A program made the translations under genes and the position numbers. A stretch of DNA of 64,000 nt from positions 40,486,001 through 40,550,000 of the forward strand of contig OX597829.1 of assembly GCA_951406725.2 (NCBI GenBank). Reading direction: 5' to 3'. Position 1 is the stretch's first letter. Each line of letters begins with the position of its first letter. Source of the DNA: Octopus vulgaris (taxonomy: Eukaryota). The notes below the pieces were generated by a model that was not told where the DNA came from, ran no database searches, and worked only from the letters and a program-made list of their open reading frames with translations. Positions 23,556-36,979 of the stretch are shown here, in pieces.

Positions 23556-23974
23556 TTACATATAGAAATATTAAATATAAGATAAAATATATAATGATGA
23601 TTAAGTAATGTGCAAAATAATAAATAAAAAATAAATATAAAGTGCTGAATATGCACAATAGCCACAAGGACCTTGTGCTTTGGCTGGAACATGTAACTAT
23701 TATGTAAAACCGTCCTACATATACCTGCCAGGTATTCTAAAATATTTCAGTAACAATTTCCTACTTATGTCAAAATTATAGAAGTCAGATGCATGTTAAC
23801 AAAAGAAAGTTTTTGCTATTTAGAGCTTGTATTAGTACTGTGTAAGTCTGTCTGACATGTAACCACTAGCCATTTTGAAATATTCCAACAAACATTACCG
23901 ATAGTAGTGGCAAAAAAGATATTTTCTCTGAATGGGTGTTTGTGGTAGAATTCCCGTGAAGCAGTATATTCACT

Positions 23975-24349
23975 GTGGAAGGTGTTTATAAGCCATTTAA
24001 GAAACGCACAAAAACTGTTAGATTCACTTCAGCATTTAAATTTAATTTGTCAAAATATTTTCGTCGCTTTCAGACTGCGACCTGTTCACAGACAAAACTT
24101 TGTGCTGCATCGCTATTTTGTTCAGTCTTAATCAGCCTTGATCAAAGGAATTCCAACTCTAATCATCCCATTCTGTTTGTCTTTGTACATACACACATAC
24201 ATACATACATACGTGATGCAGCACGAAGTTTTGTCAGTGAACAGGTCACAGTCTCAAAGCGACGAAAGTATTTAGACAAATTAAATTTAAATGTTGAAGT
24301 GAATCTAACGGTTTTTGTGTTTCTTAAATGGCTTATAAACACCTTCCAC
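23975..24349. mobile_element. Long-TIR foldback element (arms about 135 bp)
   Basis: gtggaaggtgtttataagccatttaagaaac... / ...gtttcttaaatggcttataaacaccttccac. Confidence 0.85.
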
Positions 24350-24944
24350 GCTGCAATTGCTTTCATTCCAAAACACGATCTCAGATCAAGTCACTTGCTA
24401 TGCAAGTACATCTCTGTAATATATTCACTTTTTTCTGAGATAAAAAATTATAGCAGTTGTTATTCCGACCGTTTATGTGATTTGGTATCTTCTAAAAATC
24501 TTGCGAATAATTTCATAGCTTTTGATATTCTTTCTTATTCCTTAAAAGACCAGATGTACTTTGATCAACTCATTTTCAATATTGAATTCAGTCACTTTTC
24601 CAATTTGTCTTTGTTATATCTAACTGTTGTGGAAAATAATCAAATACTATTTCTATTATGCTATTATTATTTCCATTACTGATTCTGTGCCAAAATCAAG
24701 AATTATCAGACTATTTGACAAAATGTTTTGTGGCGTTTAGTTAAGGCTCAAGCCCATTAAGTCCTGGGTCCATTGATATCAACAGTACCTGACATTTTTT
24801 TTTTATGGTATTGATAAAATGAATCCCACTAGGGTCACTGCATTTAATCGTTCCTTCCCCAACCAGAAAAATTCCTGGTTTTGTGGGCAATAGATTATCA
24901 AAACCCTAAGTGCATTGGACAGAATCCTTTACAATATTTGTTGC

Positions 24945-25021
24945 AGCTAAGGCAGTGAGCTAAGGCAGTGAGCTAAGGCAGTGAGCTAAGGCAGTGAGCT
25001 AAGGCAGTGAGCTAAGGCAGT
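24945..25021 (+). repeat. 13-bp tandem repeat (agctaaggcagtg) x about 6
   Basis: Exact repeats at the head of a family A SINE. Confidence 0.9.
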
Positions 25022-25139
25022 ATTGTTAGCACACTGGGCAAAATGCTTAGTTGAATTTTGTCTGTCTTTAACATTCTGAGTTCAAATTCTGCCAGGATTG
25101 ACTTTGCCTTTCATCTTTTCAGGGTCGATAAAATAAGTA

Positions 25140-25372
25140 CCTATTTCTTTACTACCCACAATGGGCTAAACACAGAGAGGACAAACAAGGACAGACAAAT
25201 GGATTAAGTCGATTACATTGACCCTAGTGTGTAACTGGTACTTAATTTATCGACCCCGAAAGGATGAAAAGCAAAGTCGACCTCAGCGGAATTTGAACTC
25301 AGAATGTCACGGCAGACGAAATACGGCTACACATTTCGCCCGGTGTGCTAACGGTTCTGCCAGCTCGCCGAC
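25140..25372 (-). mobile_element. SINE family A nested antisense in another family A-type copy
   Basis: Flanked by duplicated gggtcgataaaataa of the host SINE. Confidence 0.85.
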
Positions 25373-26129
25373 TTAAAAGGGTCGATAAAATAAATATCAG
25401 TTGCGCACTGGGTTTGAGGTAGCTGACTTACCCCATTTCCCGAAATTGCTGGTCTTGTGCCGAAATGGGAAAACCAATATTTGTTCCAGCACTTTGTATT
25501 TTAAGTTCAAATCCTAGCAAGGTCAGCTTTGCCTTTCATCCTTCCAGGATCAGTAAAATAAAGAACCAATCAAGTTTTAGGATTGATATAATTGACTAAC
25601 CCTCCCACTCACCTCTCCAAATTGTACTTATGTTAAAAACAGTTATTGTTATTGTCTTGTTTTTATTGGAATCATATTCCTATATTTTTCCATCGTACTT
25701 CACCTTTTTCTTGAAATTCTTCATTTTAATCTTCTTCCTTCACTGCGTCTTCTACATGTTTCTTCTTCCTCCTCATCCTTTCACCCTCCTTATTTCTCTT
25801 ACACATTCTTTAACTCCTTTTTTTTTTTTTTAAAAAAATCTATTCCTTCTCTTTAAACTATAATCTGCTGGCTTTCAGCCAACCATATTTCTCCCGTGTT
25901 GTTTTGCATCTGTCTACGACCTGTTGAAATATTACTTTTTCTCAGGAGACTTTGCCACCTTCATGTTGCCATACTTTGATAACTACCGATGATAAGCATC
26001 AGCGAGTATACTGTTTACTTTGATGGTTTCCGAAAATCCTGCTGCAAAAAAAAAAAAAAAAATCAAATCAATAATACTAAAAATGATCTAGGTAACTTAT
26101 TTAATATTGAACTTGTGATAAATGTGTCT

Positions 26130-26165
<36 letters not shown>

Positions 26166-26292
26166 GTGTGTGTGTGTGTATATATATGTGTGTGTATATA
26201 TATATATGTGTATATGTATATATATATATGTATATATATGTATAGATGTATATGTATATATATATATATGTATATATATATATGTATATGTG

Positions 26293-26323
<31 letters not shown>

Positions 26324-26518
26324 GCATATACACACACACACACACACATACATCATGGCTTAATGTCCACCTTCTATGCTAGCATGGGTATACACATATA
26401 TATGTACACACACATATTTAAAATATACATATATATATTTATATACATACATGTATATATGTGTGTGTGTATGTATATATGTGTATATGTATGCATGTGT
26501 ATGTGTGTATATGTATGC

Positions 26519-26572
<54 letters not shown>

Positions 26573-26577
26573 GCACA

Positions 26578-26613
<36 letters not shown>

Positions 26614-26620
26614 TTGTATG
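26130..26620. repeat. Compound TA/TG/CA microsatellite
   Basis: Direct inspection. Confidence 0.95.
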
Positions 26621-27349
26621 TGCGCAACTTAGCAGTCTAGCAATACCAGACTTAATGAAATAAGTACTGGAGTTGAGCATTTTTTATTCAAACACTTCAA
26701 GTTGGTGTTCCAGCAAAGCTGTGTGGTTAGAAATTGGCTTCCCAACCACATGGTTCTGGGTTCAGTCCCACTGTGTAGCCGGCACTTTGGGCAAGGGTTT
26801 TCTATTTTAACCCTGTGCCAACAAAAGCATTGTGAGCAAATTTGGTCGACGGGATCTGAAAGAAGTCTGTCATACATATTGTGTGTGTCTGTTTGTGCCC
26901 CACCCCCACTGCTTGACAACCGGTGTTGGTGTGTTTATGTCCCTGTAACTTTGATACATGATTTTTACAGCTGGATGCCAGTCCATGTCAGCAACCTATT
27001 TTTCAAATGAAGAATTTCATGTGTAACTAGTACTTAATTTATCGACCCAGAAAGGATGAAAGGCAAATTTGACCTCGGCGGAATTTGAACTCAGACCGTA
27101 ACGGCAGACAAAATATGGCTACGCATTTCGCCCGGCGTGCTAATGTTTCTGCCAACTCGCCGCCTCTTCAATGTATATATTATCAATGTATATATGTGTG
27201 TGTGTGTGTGTGTAGCAAATTTCTCCTCAAACCTTTGTTCTTCCCAGAGCTATACTAGAACATACTCCCTTATGGTGTTGTTCAGTGGGGCTGAACCCAA
27301 AGCTAAATGGCTAAGATGGAATCATTTTTTAAGCACATATGCACATATA

Positions 27350-27582
27350 TATTTCTTTACTGCCCACAAGGGGCTAAACATAGAGGGGACAAACAAGGAC
27401 AGACAAAGGGATTAAGTCGATTACATCGACCCCTGTGCGAAACTGGTACTTTATTTATCGACCCTGAAAGGATGAAAGGCAAAGTTGACCTCGGCGGAAT
27501 TTGAACTCAGAACGTAATGGCAGACGAAATACCTCTAAGCATCTCACCCGGCGTGCTAACTTTTCTGCCAGCTCGCCACCTT
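27350..27582 (-). mobile_element. SINE family A
   Basis: Full reverse-complement copy; a partial copy lies at about 27020-27168. Confidence 0.85.
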
Positions 27583-27881
27583 CATTATATATGTGTGTGT
27601 ATGTATGTGTCAGACTGTGACCATGCTGGGGCACACCACATTGACAGTCTTAGTTAAAAAATTGACCCAAGCACCAATTTTATGTTGTTTTTTTTTAGCC
27701 TGGTACTTACTCTATCTGTCTCTTGTTGCTAAACTGCTTATATAGGGATGTAAAATAATCAATACCAGTTCTCAGACAGTGAAGGAGTGGTGAATGATAC
27801 ACGCAAATATATATACACACATAAATATATGTGTATAAATCAAAGACAAGGAATGGAATTCACAAGATTCTTTATTCAAAT

Positions 27882-27929
27882 TCACTACAATTGTTTCAAC
27901 TCATCTTGCATCTACACCATCTCAGGTGA
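27882..27929 (-). ncRNA. Degenerate hammerhead motif
   Basis: Minus strand tcac-CTGAGA...GAAAC-aatt-GTA-gtga; palindromic helix III ACAATTGT; core lacks 1 nt and stem II is poor. Confidence 0.45.
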
Positions 27930-28051
27930 GATGGTGTACAATCAGTTCCTTACATCACAGGTGCAGATTGCATAGCCAATAACTATGGACATGCGTTACA
28001 CAGCAACCTATAAGTTTATACCTGAAAATAAGTGTGTATATATCACCATAT

Positions 28052-28352
28052 TCACCGTGACCGACCAGGCTATCAGATGTTTCTACACATCGCTGGTCAC
28101 AATGCGCTTTGCATTGTTTTAGCCTTCAAATGACACCACCCCGCTGGCTAGGCGAGCAGGCCAACAGAAGAAAGAGTGAGAGAAAGTTGTGGCGAAAGAG
28201 TACAGCAGGGATCACAACCACCCCCTGCCGGAGCCTCGTGGAGCTTTAGGTGTTTTCGCTCAATAAACACTCACAACGCCCGGTCTGGGAATCGAACCTG
28301 CAATCCTACGACCGCGAGTCCGCTACCCTAACCACTTGGCCATTGTGCCTCC
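28052..28352 (-). mobile_element. tRNA-derived SINE family D
   Basis: Reverse complement of the 3472 copy with a longer middle; flanked by TA tracts. Confidence 0.85.
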
Positions 28353-28539
28353 ATATATATATATATATATATATATATTTTTACACACATACACACAAGC
28401 TTCTTTCAGTTTCCGTCTATCAAGTCCACTCGCAAAGCTTTGGTTGGTCTGGGGTTATAGTAGAAGACACTTGCCCAAGGTGTCACACTGTGGGATTGAA
28501 CGTAACTATTTACCATACATCTATAACTGTGCCTATATG

Positions 28540-28582
<43 letters not shown>

Positions 28583-28695
28583 AACAAACTAAGGAAAGGA
28601 ATTCTTTCAGAGGGGTGTGTAAAACATCCAATTCACTGGTACATCAGTTGAATACCACGGAAATAGGGGCATAATGCAAATTAAAAAGAATAAGT

Positions 28696-29002
28696 TAGAG
28701 AGATTCAATTGACAATCTGATAATTTATCTATATTATAATGTAACATAATATACTATGAATATAATATAATATAATATAAGATAACATTAAAAAAAAATT
28801 ACATTATTTGATTTATAAACAATTCAATCCACTTATATAAGTCTCATCAGAGCTTTGGTTTAAAGACAGACAAAATTCTGTGTGAAAGGACGGCTGGATT
28901 GTTTTTTAATGATTTTTGTTATGTTCTTATATTATATTCATAGTATATTATGTTATATTATGATATAAATAAATTATTGCATTGTCAATTGAATCTCTCT
29001 AT
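28696..29002. mobile_element. AT-rich foldback element in (TA)n
   Basis: tagagagattcaattgacaat...tatactatgaatataatataa pairs with ttatattatattcatagtata...attgtcaattgaatctctcta. Confidence 0.75.
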
Positions 29003-29012
29003 TTAATTTATT

Positions 29013-29061
<49 letters not shown>

Positions 29062-29204
29062 GAGTGTATGTACATGTTCTGTATGCTCCAGGATTGTCAA
29101 AGATATTCTTCAATTTTTCTAAAATTGAATAAAATAGGTAAAATAATGAATACACATGTACTTGTACATAACGAACAAAATGAATGATGATAATGATAAT
29201 AATG

Positions 29205-29251
<47 letters not shown>

Positions 29252-29556
29252 TGCATAATGTAAATAAAATGTCAAATGTTTTGGTGCATGGTTTTTGGCC
29301 CACCCCCCTGTATCACTGCCCTCCTCAACCCTACACCTCCATCTCAATTTCAATTATTTATATGTAACACTTAAAGAATCTACTTATCACTTCAGCACCA
29401 TTACCACTGCAATCATCATCGTTATCAACATCCTCAACAAGCAAATACAACTTCTGAAGCATTATGCTATACTGTTAAGTTCTGTGGGATATTTTTTTTC
29501 ACTGAGATAATGGAAGATGTAGCATACAACATCCGCTTTCCTTATCATTATCACCA

Positions 29557-29587
<31 letters not shown>

Positions 29588-29944
29588 CAACTCGAGCAAT
29601 AGCCTATTGGTGTTGCCATGAGCCAACAAGACAGCCTTTGCTGCTTGGTCATTTGTCCTGCTAGAAATAGCAGCCATGCTTTTTCCACACACTCCTGTTT
29701 TGAATAACAAAAGGATATATTAGATAACGTAGTCCTACATATTTTAAAACACAGTGGAATGTCTTTGCTGTACTTGATCATAGTTCACCTTGGGTTAAAC
29801 TGAAGTAACTCCATCGACACCCCCCTCCCCCATGGCCATCAGAATAAGACAAAGAGGCTTATTTTATCTGCTGCCAAGTCTCTCTTAAAGACCATGCAAG
29901 TTTCTGAAAAAATAAATTCAAAAAAAAAAGGTTCAGAGAGATAA

Positions 29945-30182
29945 TACCTATTTCTTTACTACCTAAAAGGGGCTAAACACAGAGGGGACAAACAAGGACA
30001 GACAAAGGGATTAAGTCGATTACATCGACCCCAGTGCGTAACTGGTACTTAATTTATCGACCCCGAAAGGATGAAAGGCAAAGTCGACCTTGGCAGAATT
30101 TGAACTTAGATCGTAACGGCAGACGAAATACCGCCAAGCATTTCGCCCGGTGTGCTAACATTTCTGCCAGCACACCACCTTA
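29945..30182 (-). mobile_element. SINE family A
   Basis: Full reverse-complement copy. Confidence 0.85.
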
Positions 30183-30439
30183 AATATTGGATAATTTCAT
30201 CAAAGGTACAGGGTGGTCATAGTTGGAGTACAGTGGTTTATAAGATCTGCTGGATCAAGGTTGATCATTGTTTCAACATTTAAATTTATTAGATTTACGT
30301 GCAAAATGTTTAATATTGTAATTTTTGCACTGAATGAAACTGTATAAGGTTCTTTTTTCATAGAATTCCAAAGCAAATGTCAAAATTTCAAGAACTGACT
30401 ACCATATGCATTAAAAAAAACAAAAGCAGTTGTAAAGTA

Positions 30440-30820
30440 ATCTATCTATCTATCTATCCGCTCAGTCGAAGTCGACTCTCGGTTACTCAATGGATCAGTG
30501 TCTTCCAGCCAGTTCTATCCTGGGCCGCTTCTTTCAGATTGGCTAAGGCCATTCCCGTATCACTCTTGAGGGTGTCAAGCCAGTGGATTCTTGGTCGGCC
30601 TCTTCCTCTCTTGCCACTGACCATTCTGAGCATGATGTCCTTCTCCAGGGATTTTCTCCGCATAATATGACCAAAATATGCCAATCTATGCTTGGTGATC
30701 CTAGCTTCTAACGACAGTTTCGGCTTGATCTGGTTAAGAACTTCTCCATTGGTGAGCCTCACTGTCCATGGAATCCGTAAGAGTCTCCTCCAACACCAAA
30801 GCTCGAATGCATTAATACTC
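30440..30820 (-). pseudogene. RTE-clade (BovB-like) LINE 3' end with (TAGA)n tail
   Basis: INAFELWCWRRLLRIPWT...LAYFGHIMRRKSLEKDIML...GKRGRGRPRIHWLD...AQDRTGWK. Confidence 0.9.
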
Positions 30821-30949
30821 TTTGTTTTTATTGTTTAATCTAAATTTTACATTCTTAACAGCATCCATCTTGTTAGTTTATCACTGAAGATACTGTTGTT
30901 AGATATAGTAAGTTAGCAATGCTCTCTTGGAACTTGAAATAAGTTATTA

Positions 30950-31380
30950 CTCTTTTACTCTTTTTACTTGTTTCAGTCATTTGACTGTGGCCATGCTGGA
31001 GCACCGCCTTTAGTCGAGCAAATCGATCCCAGGACTTATTCTTTGTAAGCCTAGTACTTATTCTATCGGTTTCATTTTGCTGAACTGCTAAGCTATGGGA
31101 ACGTAAACACACCACCATCGGTTGTCAAGCGATGTTGGGGGACAAACACAGACACACACACACACATACACACACACACACACACATACACACACACACA
31201 TATATATACATATACTTGACAGGCTTCTTTCAGTTTCCGTCTACCAAATCCACTCACATGGCTTTGGTCGGCCCGAGGCTATAGCTGAAGACACTTGCCC
31301 AAGGTGCCACACAGTGGGACTGAACCCAGAACCATGTTGTTGGTAAGCAAGCTACTTACCACACAGCCACTCCTGCACCT
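30950..31380 (-). mobile_element. SINE family B, full length
   Basis: Reverse complement from the aggtgcaggagtggctgtgtggtaag head to the gactgaaacaagtaaaa tail. Confidence 0.9.
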
Positions 31381-31594
31381 ATTGTTAACTTATTTAATTT
31401 AATGCAAGGAGTACTAAAACACTAACTATCGATATAATTTTAATCAGAGAGAAAAAAATGATCATAATTTTCATTTTTTTCGGAAATTACAAGGGTCACG
31501 TCTGGAAGATGTTTAGGTCTTGGCAAGGTGCAACCTTCATTATACTTCATCATGTATTGTTGTTTCACATTAGCTTCTTAATGCTTTTTATATT

Positions 31595-32838
31595 AACTCT
31601 TTAGCATTCAGATTATATTGTCAAATGTATTGATTATTTATTCATATTTTGAATCAATCATGCATTATCTCATAGCTTCGAGATGTCAATGGTGCGTTTG
31701 TATATTTTGTTTAACGTCCGCTTTCCATGCTAGCATGGGTTGGACGATTTTGACCGAGGGCTGGTGAACCAGATGGCTGCACCAGGCTCCAGTCTTGATC
31801 TAGCAGAGTTTCTACAGCTGGATGCCCTTCCTAATGCCAACCACTCCATGAGTGTAGTGGGTGCTTTTTACGTGCCACTGGCACAAGGACCAGTCAGGTG
31901 GTGCTGGCAATGACCTCGCTCGAATCTTTTTATACATGCCACCAGCACAGGTGCCAGTAAGGCGACGTTGAAAGAAATGTGAGTCTATGGTCAGATCAGA
32001 ACTAACTTGGATTTCTTCATCCCATTCACTTTTGATAAAGGACCTTTGTGCCTAAAATACATAAAGGTTATTAAACTTTTCCCTTTTCACATTGTAAGAA
32101 GCTTTCCATCCTTCATTATTTTATACCGTAAACATAATGCTACAACTCTTTAGCATTCAGATTATATTGTCAAATGTATTGATTATTTATTCATATTTTG
32201 AATCAATCATGCATTATCTCATAGCTTCGAGATGTCAATGGTGCGTTTGTATATTTTTAGACTTACATTGTAGGACAGGCATAAGAGATTGGAATCTAGT
32301 CATTTTCAGCATAAAACGGGTTAAATATTTGGGCTGGATATGACTGGATTAAATGCTAAAGGGCTTAAATACGTTAACGTTAATTTAATATAAGCCTGTT
32401 GTAGCATTAATGTTTACGGTATAAAATAATGAAGGATGGAAAGCTTCTTACAATGTGAAAAGGGAAAAGTTTAATAACCTTTATGTATTTTAGGCACAAA
32501 GGTCCTTTATCAAAAGTGAATGGGATGAAGAAATCCAAGTTAGTTCTGATCTGACCATAGACTCACATTTCTTTCAACGTCGCCTTACTGGCACCTGTGC
32601 TGATGGCATGTATAAAAAGATTTGAGCGAGGTCATTGCCAGTACTGCCTGACTGGTCCTTGTGCCAGTGGCACGTAAAAAGCACCCACTACACTCTCGGA
32701 GTGGTTGGCCATAGGAAGGGCATCCAGCTGTAGAAACTCTGCCAGATCAAGACTGGAGCCTGGTGCAGCCATCTGGTTCACCAGCCCTCGGTCAAAATCG
32801 TCCAACCCATGCTAGCATGGAAAGCGGACGTTAAACAA
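31595..32838. repeat. Local duplication plus inverted duplication
   Basis: 31595-31708 = 32144-32257 (direct); about 31707-32146 = reverse complement of 32398-32838. Confidence 0.9.
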
Positions 32839-33867
32839 CGATGATGATGATGATGATTCTCTTCTGGTTACTGGCTTTTATATCTGAAATTTACAAAAGT
32901 TATTAAACTTTCCCCTTCATGGTCTCTTTCTTCATGTCTTACTTATTAACTTAACTTTTATTTTTCATACAAGTTACATCTCTAGATTATTATACCCTCT
33001 GTAGAGAATGATGCACCAGCAAACGGTAAAAGACACCGATTCCAAAAGTCTACCTTGTTCACATCTCAATATTTTCTTCAAACATATGCACGAAATGTTT
33101 ATTTCCTGAATCATTATGCTCATTATTTATCAGATTAGAGCAGTGTTTATTCAAATCAGTGGAGCACCAAATATAAAGCCTTTAGGCATTTAATTGTGCC
33201 ACCTCTTTTCCTAGCTCAAATCTTGCTTGAATCAACTCAGTCGACTGTGTTCTTCTTCTTCCTGTGGCTTTGTGCCAATATTAGATATCATACTGAAAGT
33301 AAACTGATCTTAGCCTGCCATAGTCTTAATCTACACTGCAACAATATATTGTTAACATCTTGGCTGCTTTACTAGTCTATTGCAGTTTAACCTATTTCAG
33401 TTCTCGCTCTCTCTCTCTCTCTCTCTCTCTTCAAATAATACCAAGTATCAACAATCATGAACTTCCATGCCAAATCCTGATGATTCCTGTTCATTCTTGA
33501 GAAAAACAAAACTATAGTTTTCCATTGCTCTCTACTAATTTACTTACTGTTTACTCTTCTTGTCTCCTTGTTCCCCTAAACTTACCCCTGAGATGACATG
33601 GGACCTATTTAAACCCTTCGACTGGAGGACTTTGTCATGTGAAATCAGGACATGCCTACACACCGATGGTCTTGTATGGCACATATTTAGGGATCAGCGC
33701 TCCTGTGGTTCTTGTATACCTTAACCTCAACACTGTCTTCTGCTGTTTGACCCCTAATTGGGGCCCTTGACTGATATTACCATTCCAGGCTGGAACAGAC
33801 ATGGAATTAGTGATTACTTCCCCAAACTTTTGAACTCTCAAGCTGGAGCCTCACCATTATATGTAGT

Positions 33868-34083
33868 TTTACCCTTTAGCATTTGAACTGTCCATATCTA
33901 TTCTACCTGCTTCAGGTTCAAACTGGCCATATCCTACCTCTTACGCCTGCCCTACTACATCATTCTAAAAATTAACAGTCACACTGTCAAAATCTTGAAG
34001 TTACAAAATAAGGCATGAATAATTCTAAAGAACGTAAATAAATAAGCATTACATCAGACAATAATCTGAATGTTAAAAGTTAA
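33868..34083. mobile_element. piggyBac-type MITE, diverged
   Basis: tttaccctttagcatttgaactg...ctgaatgttaaaagttaa; same family as 54315. Confidence 0.55.
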
Positions 34084-34369
34084 TGGCTTGCCCAAGATTA
34101 TATACTGTTGGAATATCAACCGTTTTGATACCAACCTGCCTGAGACCAGGCTTGGTTTTATGATATTAAACTTTATGCTTTAAAGTGATCTCAGTTAAAA
34201 CTTTCTATGAAAATTCAGTGTTAATTTATGTTCCAAACACCAACTTAATCCTTAGGAGATGACCTGGCCGATCTGTTGGCCAAAAAGTCAAATGACAAAG
34301 AAGATTGAATTAATTCGTTCAGCTTCCTACAAGAATATATATATATATATAGTTTATTTTTTATAATTT

Positions 34370-34860
34370 CATCATCATCATCATCATCATTTAACGTCCA
34401 CTTTCCATGCAAGCATGTGTTGGACGATTTTGACTGAGGGCTGGTGAACCAGATGGCTGCACCAGGCTCCAATCTTGATCTAGCAGAGTTGCTACAGCTG
34501 GATGCCCTTCCTAACGCCAACCACTCCGAGAGTGTAGCGGGTGCTTTTTATGCTTTTTACGTGCCACCGGCACGAGGCCAGTCAGGCGATACTGGCAATG
34601 ACCTCACTCGAATCTTTTTACACATGCCACTAGCACAGGTGCCAGTAAGGCGACGTTGGTAACGATCACACTCGAATAGCGCCCTTTTACATGCCACCGG
34701 CACGGAAGCCAGTTGGCTGCTCTGGCAACGATCAGACTCGGATGGTGCTCTTGGCACCCTACTAGCATGGGCACAAGTGCCAGTAAGGCGACACTGGTTA
34801 TGATCACACTTGAATGGTGCCCTTTTATGTGCCATTGGCATGGAAGCCAGTTAGCTTCCG
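34370..34860 (-). mobile_element. SINE-like family C
   Basis: (CAT)n, conserved block and subrepeats on the minus strand. Confidence 0.85.
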
Positions 34861-36979
34861 TTACCTAGGTGACCAATTTATTTTTGAAAAATAAGTGCAT
34901 ACACTCTGTAGAGCTTCTGAAACAGGCTTTGTCTTCTTGGCGCTAAAACTTTAAATGAGGTTCCATCTCGAAAGGGTTAATATCGACAAAATTATTTTAC
35001 TAAACTCGTCATTATTTTTAAACCTAATTGAAACAAGGCAGCGTATTCCATCAGAAATATGGTAACAGAAGGGTTGATAAGAAAGACGAAGTTGCTGAGA
35101 TTCAGGAATCAATCCCTTGATCACCTTATTCAGAAGTCCAGAACTAACAACACCAACAGCAGCCAACTCTGGTGTAACAATCTTTGTTGTTGTCGTCGTT
35201 TCATAAAATGCCTCTTTCACTTCCAAATTTACATTTGGTACAAAATTGAAGCTTGTACCTCAACATTTTACACGGGATTCTTCCACATCTCTCCCTTCAC
35301 CTCATTTTGCAAAGATATGAAGTGCAGCACAAGGCACAAGATGGAATGAGACCTGTAAAGACTCTGAGACTGCTGGATCAACATGTTGTTATATGGTGGT
35401 GGCTGAAGTACATCAATGACAAAGCCAGATGAAATTCGGTCAGGCTGAACTGGCAGCAGTAGAGGGGAACAACTGTGAGTGATCCCAATCAGGTGTCTAT
35501 TATTTGACTACAACTGATGAAGACATCTGTCATACTCATAGACTCACTTCTCCAAAGAATCAATACAACAGTGACAAGGAATCGATTCAAGAACATCTTT
35601 AATGCTTCTCAACCATTTTTCACCTATGAACCTTTTGATTCCTGTTTTATTCTACTGGACCTCCATTGCCATTCAATGAATATATATGAAGAACCTTACT
35701 GTAATTTTATAATTAAATATCATTAGGAATTTATACAATTCCTAATAAAAAAAAGTTTTAATATTTTGTGCATTGTAGAACCATAAGTAATTCATTGCTG
35801 TTGAATTTTAACAAAATCTTATATGGAGCCCCAAGGGCTCTATGTACTCCAGTTAAGAACTACTGTTCTATATGGTCCCTTTACTTGCCAGAAATAGCAG
35901 CCAAGTAATTTAAAGTCATACACTACTGTGTTAAAAAAAAAGAAAGAAAGAAGGACACATCAGACAGTGCAGTCTTAGATATACCAAATGACTAGGTTGG
36001 CATACCCATTTCGTTCGGCCAGGGTTGACCGGGTGCTAAGCTACTTCAAAATTGACCATTATCAATAAGAAGCCTTAGTGATAAAACTCTCAAAAGGGAA
36101 GGTGGAATATTTGATTTATTGCTGACAGGTGAAAAAAAAACAAAAAGAAAAAAAAAACATTACAAAGGACTTTGTTATAGATTTGCTTCCTGCTGGCATG
36201 GAATAGTTCCATAATTGGCAAGATGTTCTTTAAGATACAGTGATATTTTTCTTATGATTTTTCCCTATTTTTTTTTCTTCCCCAGAAGACAATATATGTG
36301 TTGTCCAGCAATTCCTTGTTACAGAACATTGATTCGTAGCTCACACACATATGGGCAAACATAGAAACACACGCACACACACGTACACACATACACACAC
36401 ACGTGTACGTGTACGTGTGCGACCAGGCATCTATATACAAAAATTCTTCAGATAACACACATCTCTGCACATACATTCTTCGAATATCTTCATGCTGTCT
36501 TCCCAGTGCTGACTTCTGAAAATGGTAATTTCCATTTAATCTAACATACAGCAAATCCTGGACTAATTCTTTTCTCTAGTAACAGTATCCCCAGGCTGTA
36601 TTCTTGACCCTTTGCAGTGCAATTTTACACATGTTTCTGAACGTTAGTGGAAGTTCCTGTGCATGCAAGTGTGTGCACATTTTCATGCGTATATGTTTGT
36701 GTGTGCATATTTTGATGCATCTGTGAATATACGAGCATCTCTATGCATGTCTATCACACTTATTAACTTTGCATTTTGCATGTGTTTGTGCCTGTCCATT
36801 TCAATATGTGATTCTATGCTCTCTGTGTATATGCGTTTATACATATACATATATAGGCAGCCAAAAACAAATGGATTACGTATAAGAACATTAGTAAGGC
36901 ATAAATCTGCAACTAAATCTTCAATACCGATAAGAAAAATCTGTAAAGGAGATTTAGGTTTTGTTTACCGGCACCAGAA

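Noticed and set aside
23975-24682. 235-aa ORF
   Set aside because: It runs through a foldback element and AT-rich DNA with no domain similarity.
34951-35600. Unique sequence with several ORFs and a CTGATGAAGAC motif at 35514
   Set aside because: No recognisable protein, no consistent splice signals, and no GAAAC for a ribozyme.
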